Assembly (NCBI RefSeq): GCF_001194135.2 | Contig: NC_068988.1 | Span: 35,851,429 to 35,886,216, forward strand | Source: Octopus bimaculoides | Taxonomy: Eukaryota | DNA: 34,788 nt | Direction of reading: 5' to 3' | Part shown: piece by piece, positions 34,510 through 34,788 of the stretch | Numbering within the stretch: the stretch's first letter is position 1 | Layout of the letters: each line of letters opens with the position of its first letter | Notes under the pieces: model-generated | The model's database searches: none | Seen by the model: the letters and a program-made list of their open reading frames with translations, nothing else | What the model was told of the DNA's origin: nothing | Made by a program: the position numbers and the translations under genes

Positions 34510-34788
34510 GTTTTCAATATTATTCAGTAGTTTTGTTTTTATAACGTGCTTTCATTTCACTACCGAGCGCAGCTCTGTGCGCCTTGGGTATGTGCTGTGA
34601 TTTGCTGTGGTGCTCTTATGTTTACTGTATTGAAAGTGTTTTGCGTAGAATGTGTGCAGTACGCAGTAGTGCAATTTTCTGTATGTTATATATATTTGTA
34701 AGTCCTGGTGTTTTTGTTATGTATTTGTCTGAATATTTTTTTTATTATACCTAAGGCACCTACTATGATAGGAGTTGTTTCTGTTTTT
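34510..34788 (-). mobile_element. Well-preserved R4/Dong-type LINE 3' end (copy Z), running off the window
   Basis: KTETTPIIVGALGIIKKYSDKYITKTPGLTNIYNIQKIALLRTAHILRKTLSIQ*, an uninterrupted frame, then the 3' UTR ending actactgaataat. Confidence 0.9.

Overview
AT-rich, gapped animal genomic DNA, most likely from an octopus (coleoid cephalopod). This is inferred from recognisable octopus-type tRNA-derived SINEs, dense (TA)n/(CA)n/(TAA)n/(GTA)n microsatellites and an abundant R4/Dong-type LINE 3' end. I found no intact host protein-coding gene; nearly every long ORF in the supplied track is a microsatellite, an N-gap or a transposon remnant. The window is largely a transposon graveyard. It holds at least nine R4/Dong-like (restriction-like endonuclease, RLE) LINE fragments, plus RTE, CR1, HERO and Tx1/L1 LINE pieces, Penelope-like pieces, an internally deleted mariner and several SINEs. 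The most notable observations are: (1) an R4/Dong insertion with the geometry of a twin-primed 5' inversion, landed in the (TAA)n tail of another copy (1866-4504); (2) a 240-nt gap-free, GC-richer hairpin with 93-bp arms (17834-18073); (3) several decayed hammerhead-like motifs of the Penelope/retrozyme type, including a tandem pair; (4) a small CpG-rich housekeeping-type promoter/first-exon candidate at about 26530-26650; and (5) a few isolated exon-like segments. Family assignments come from motif recognition by eye, not from database searches.
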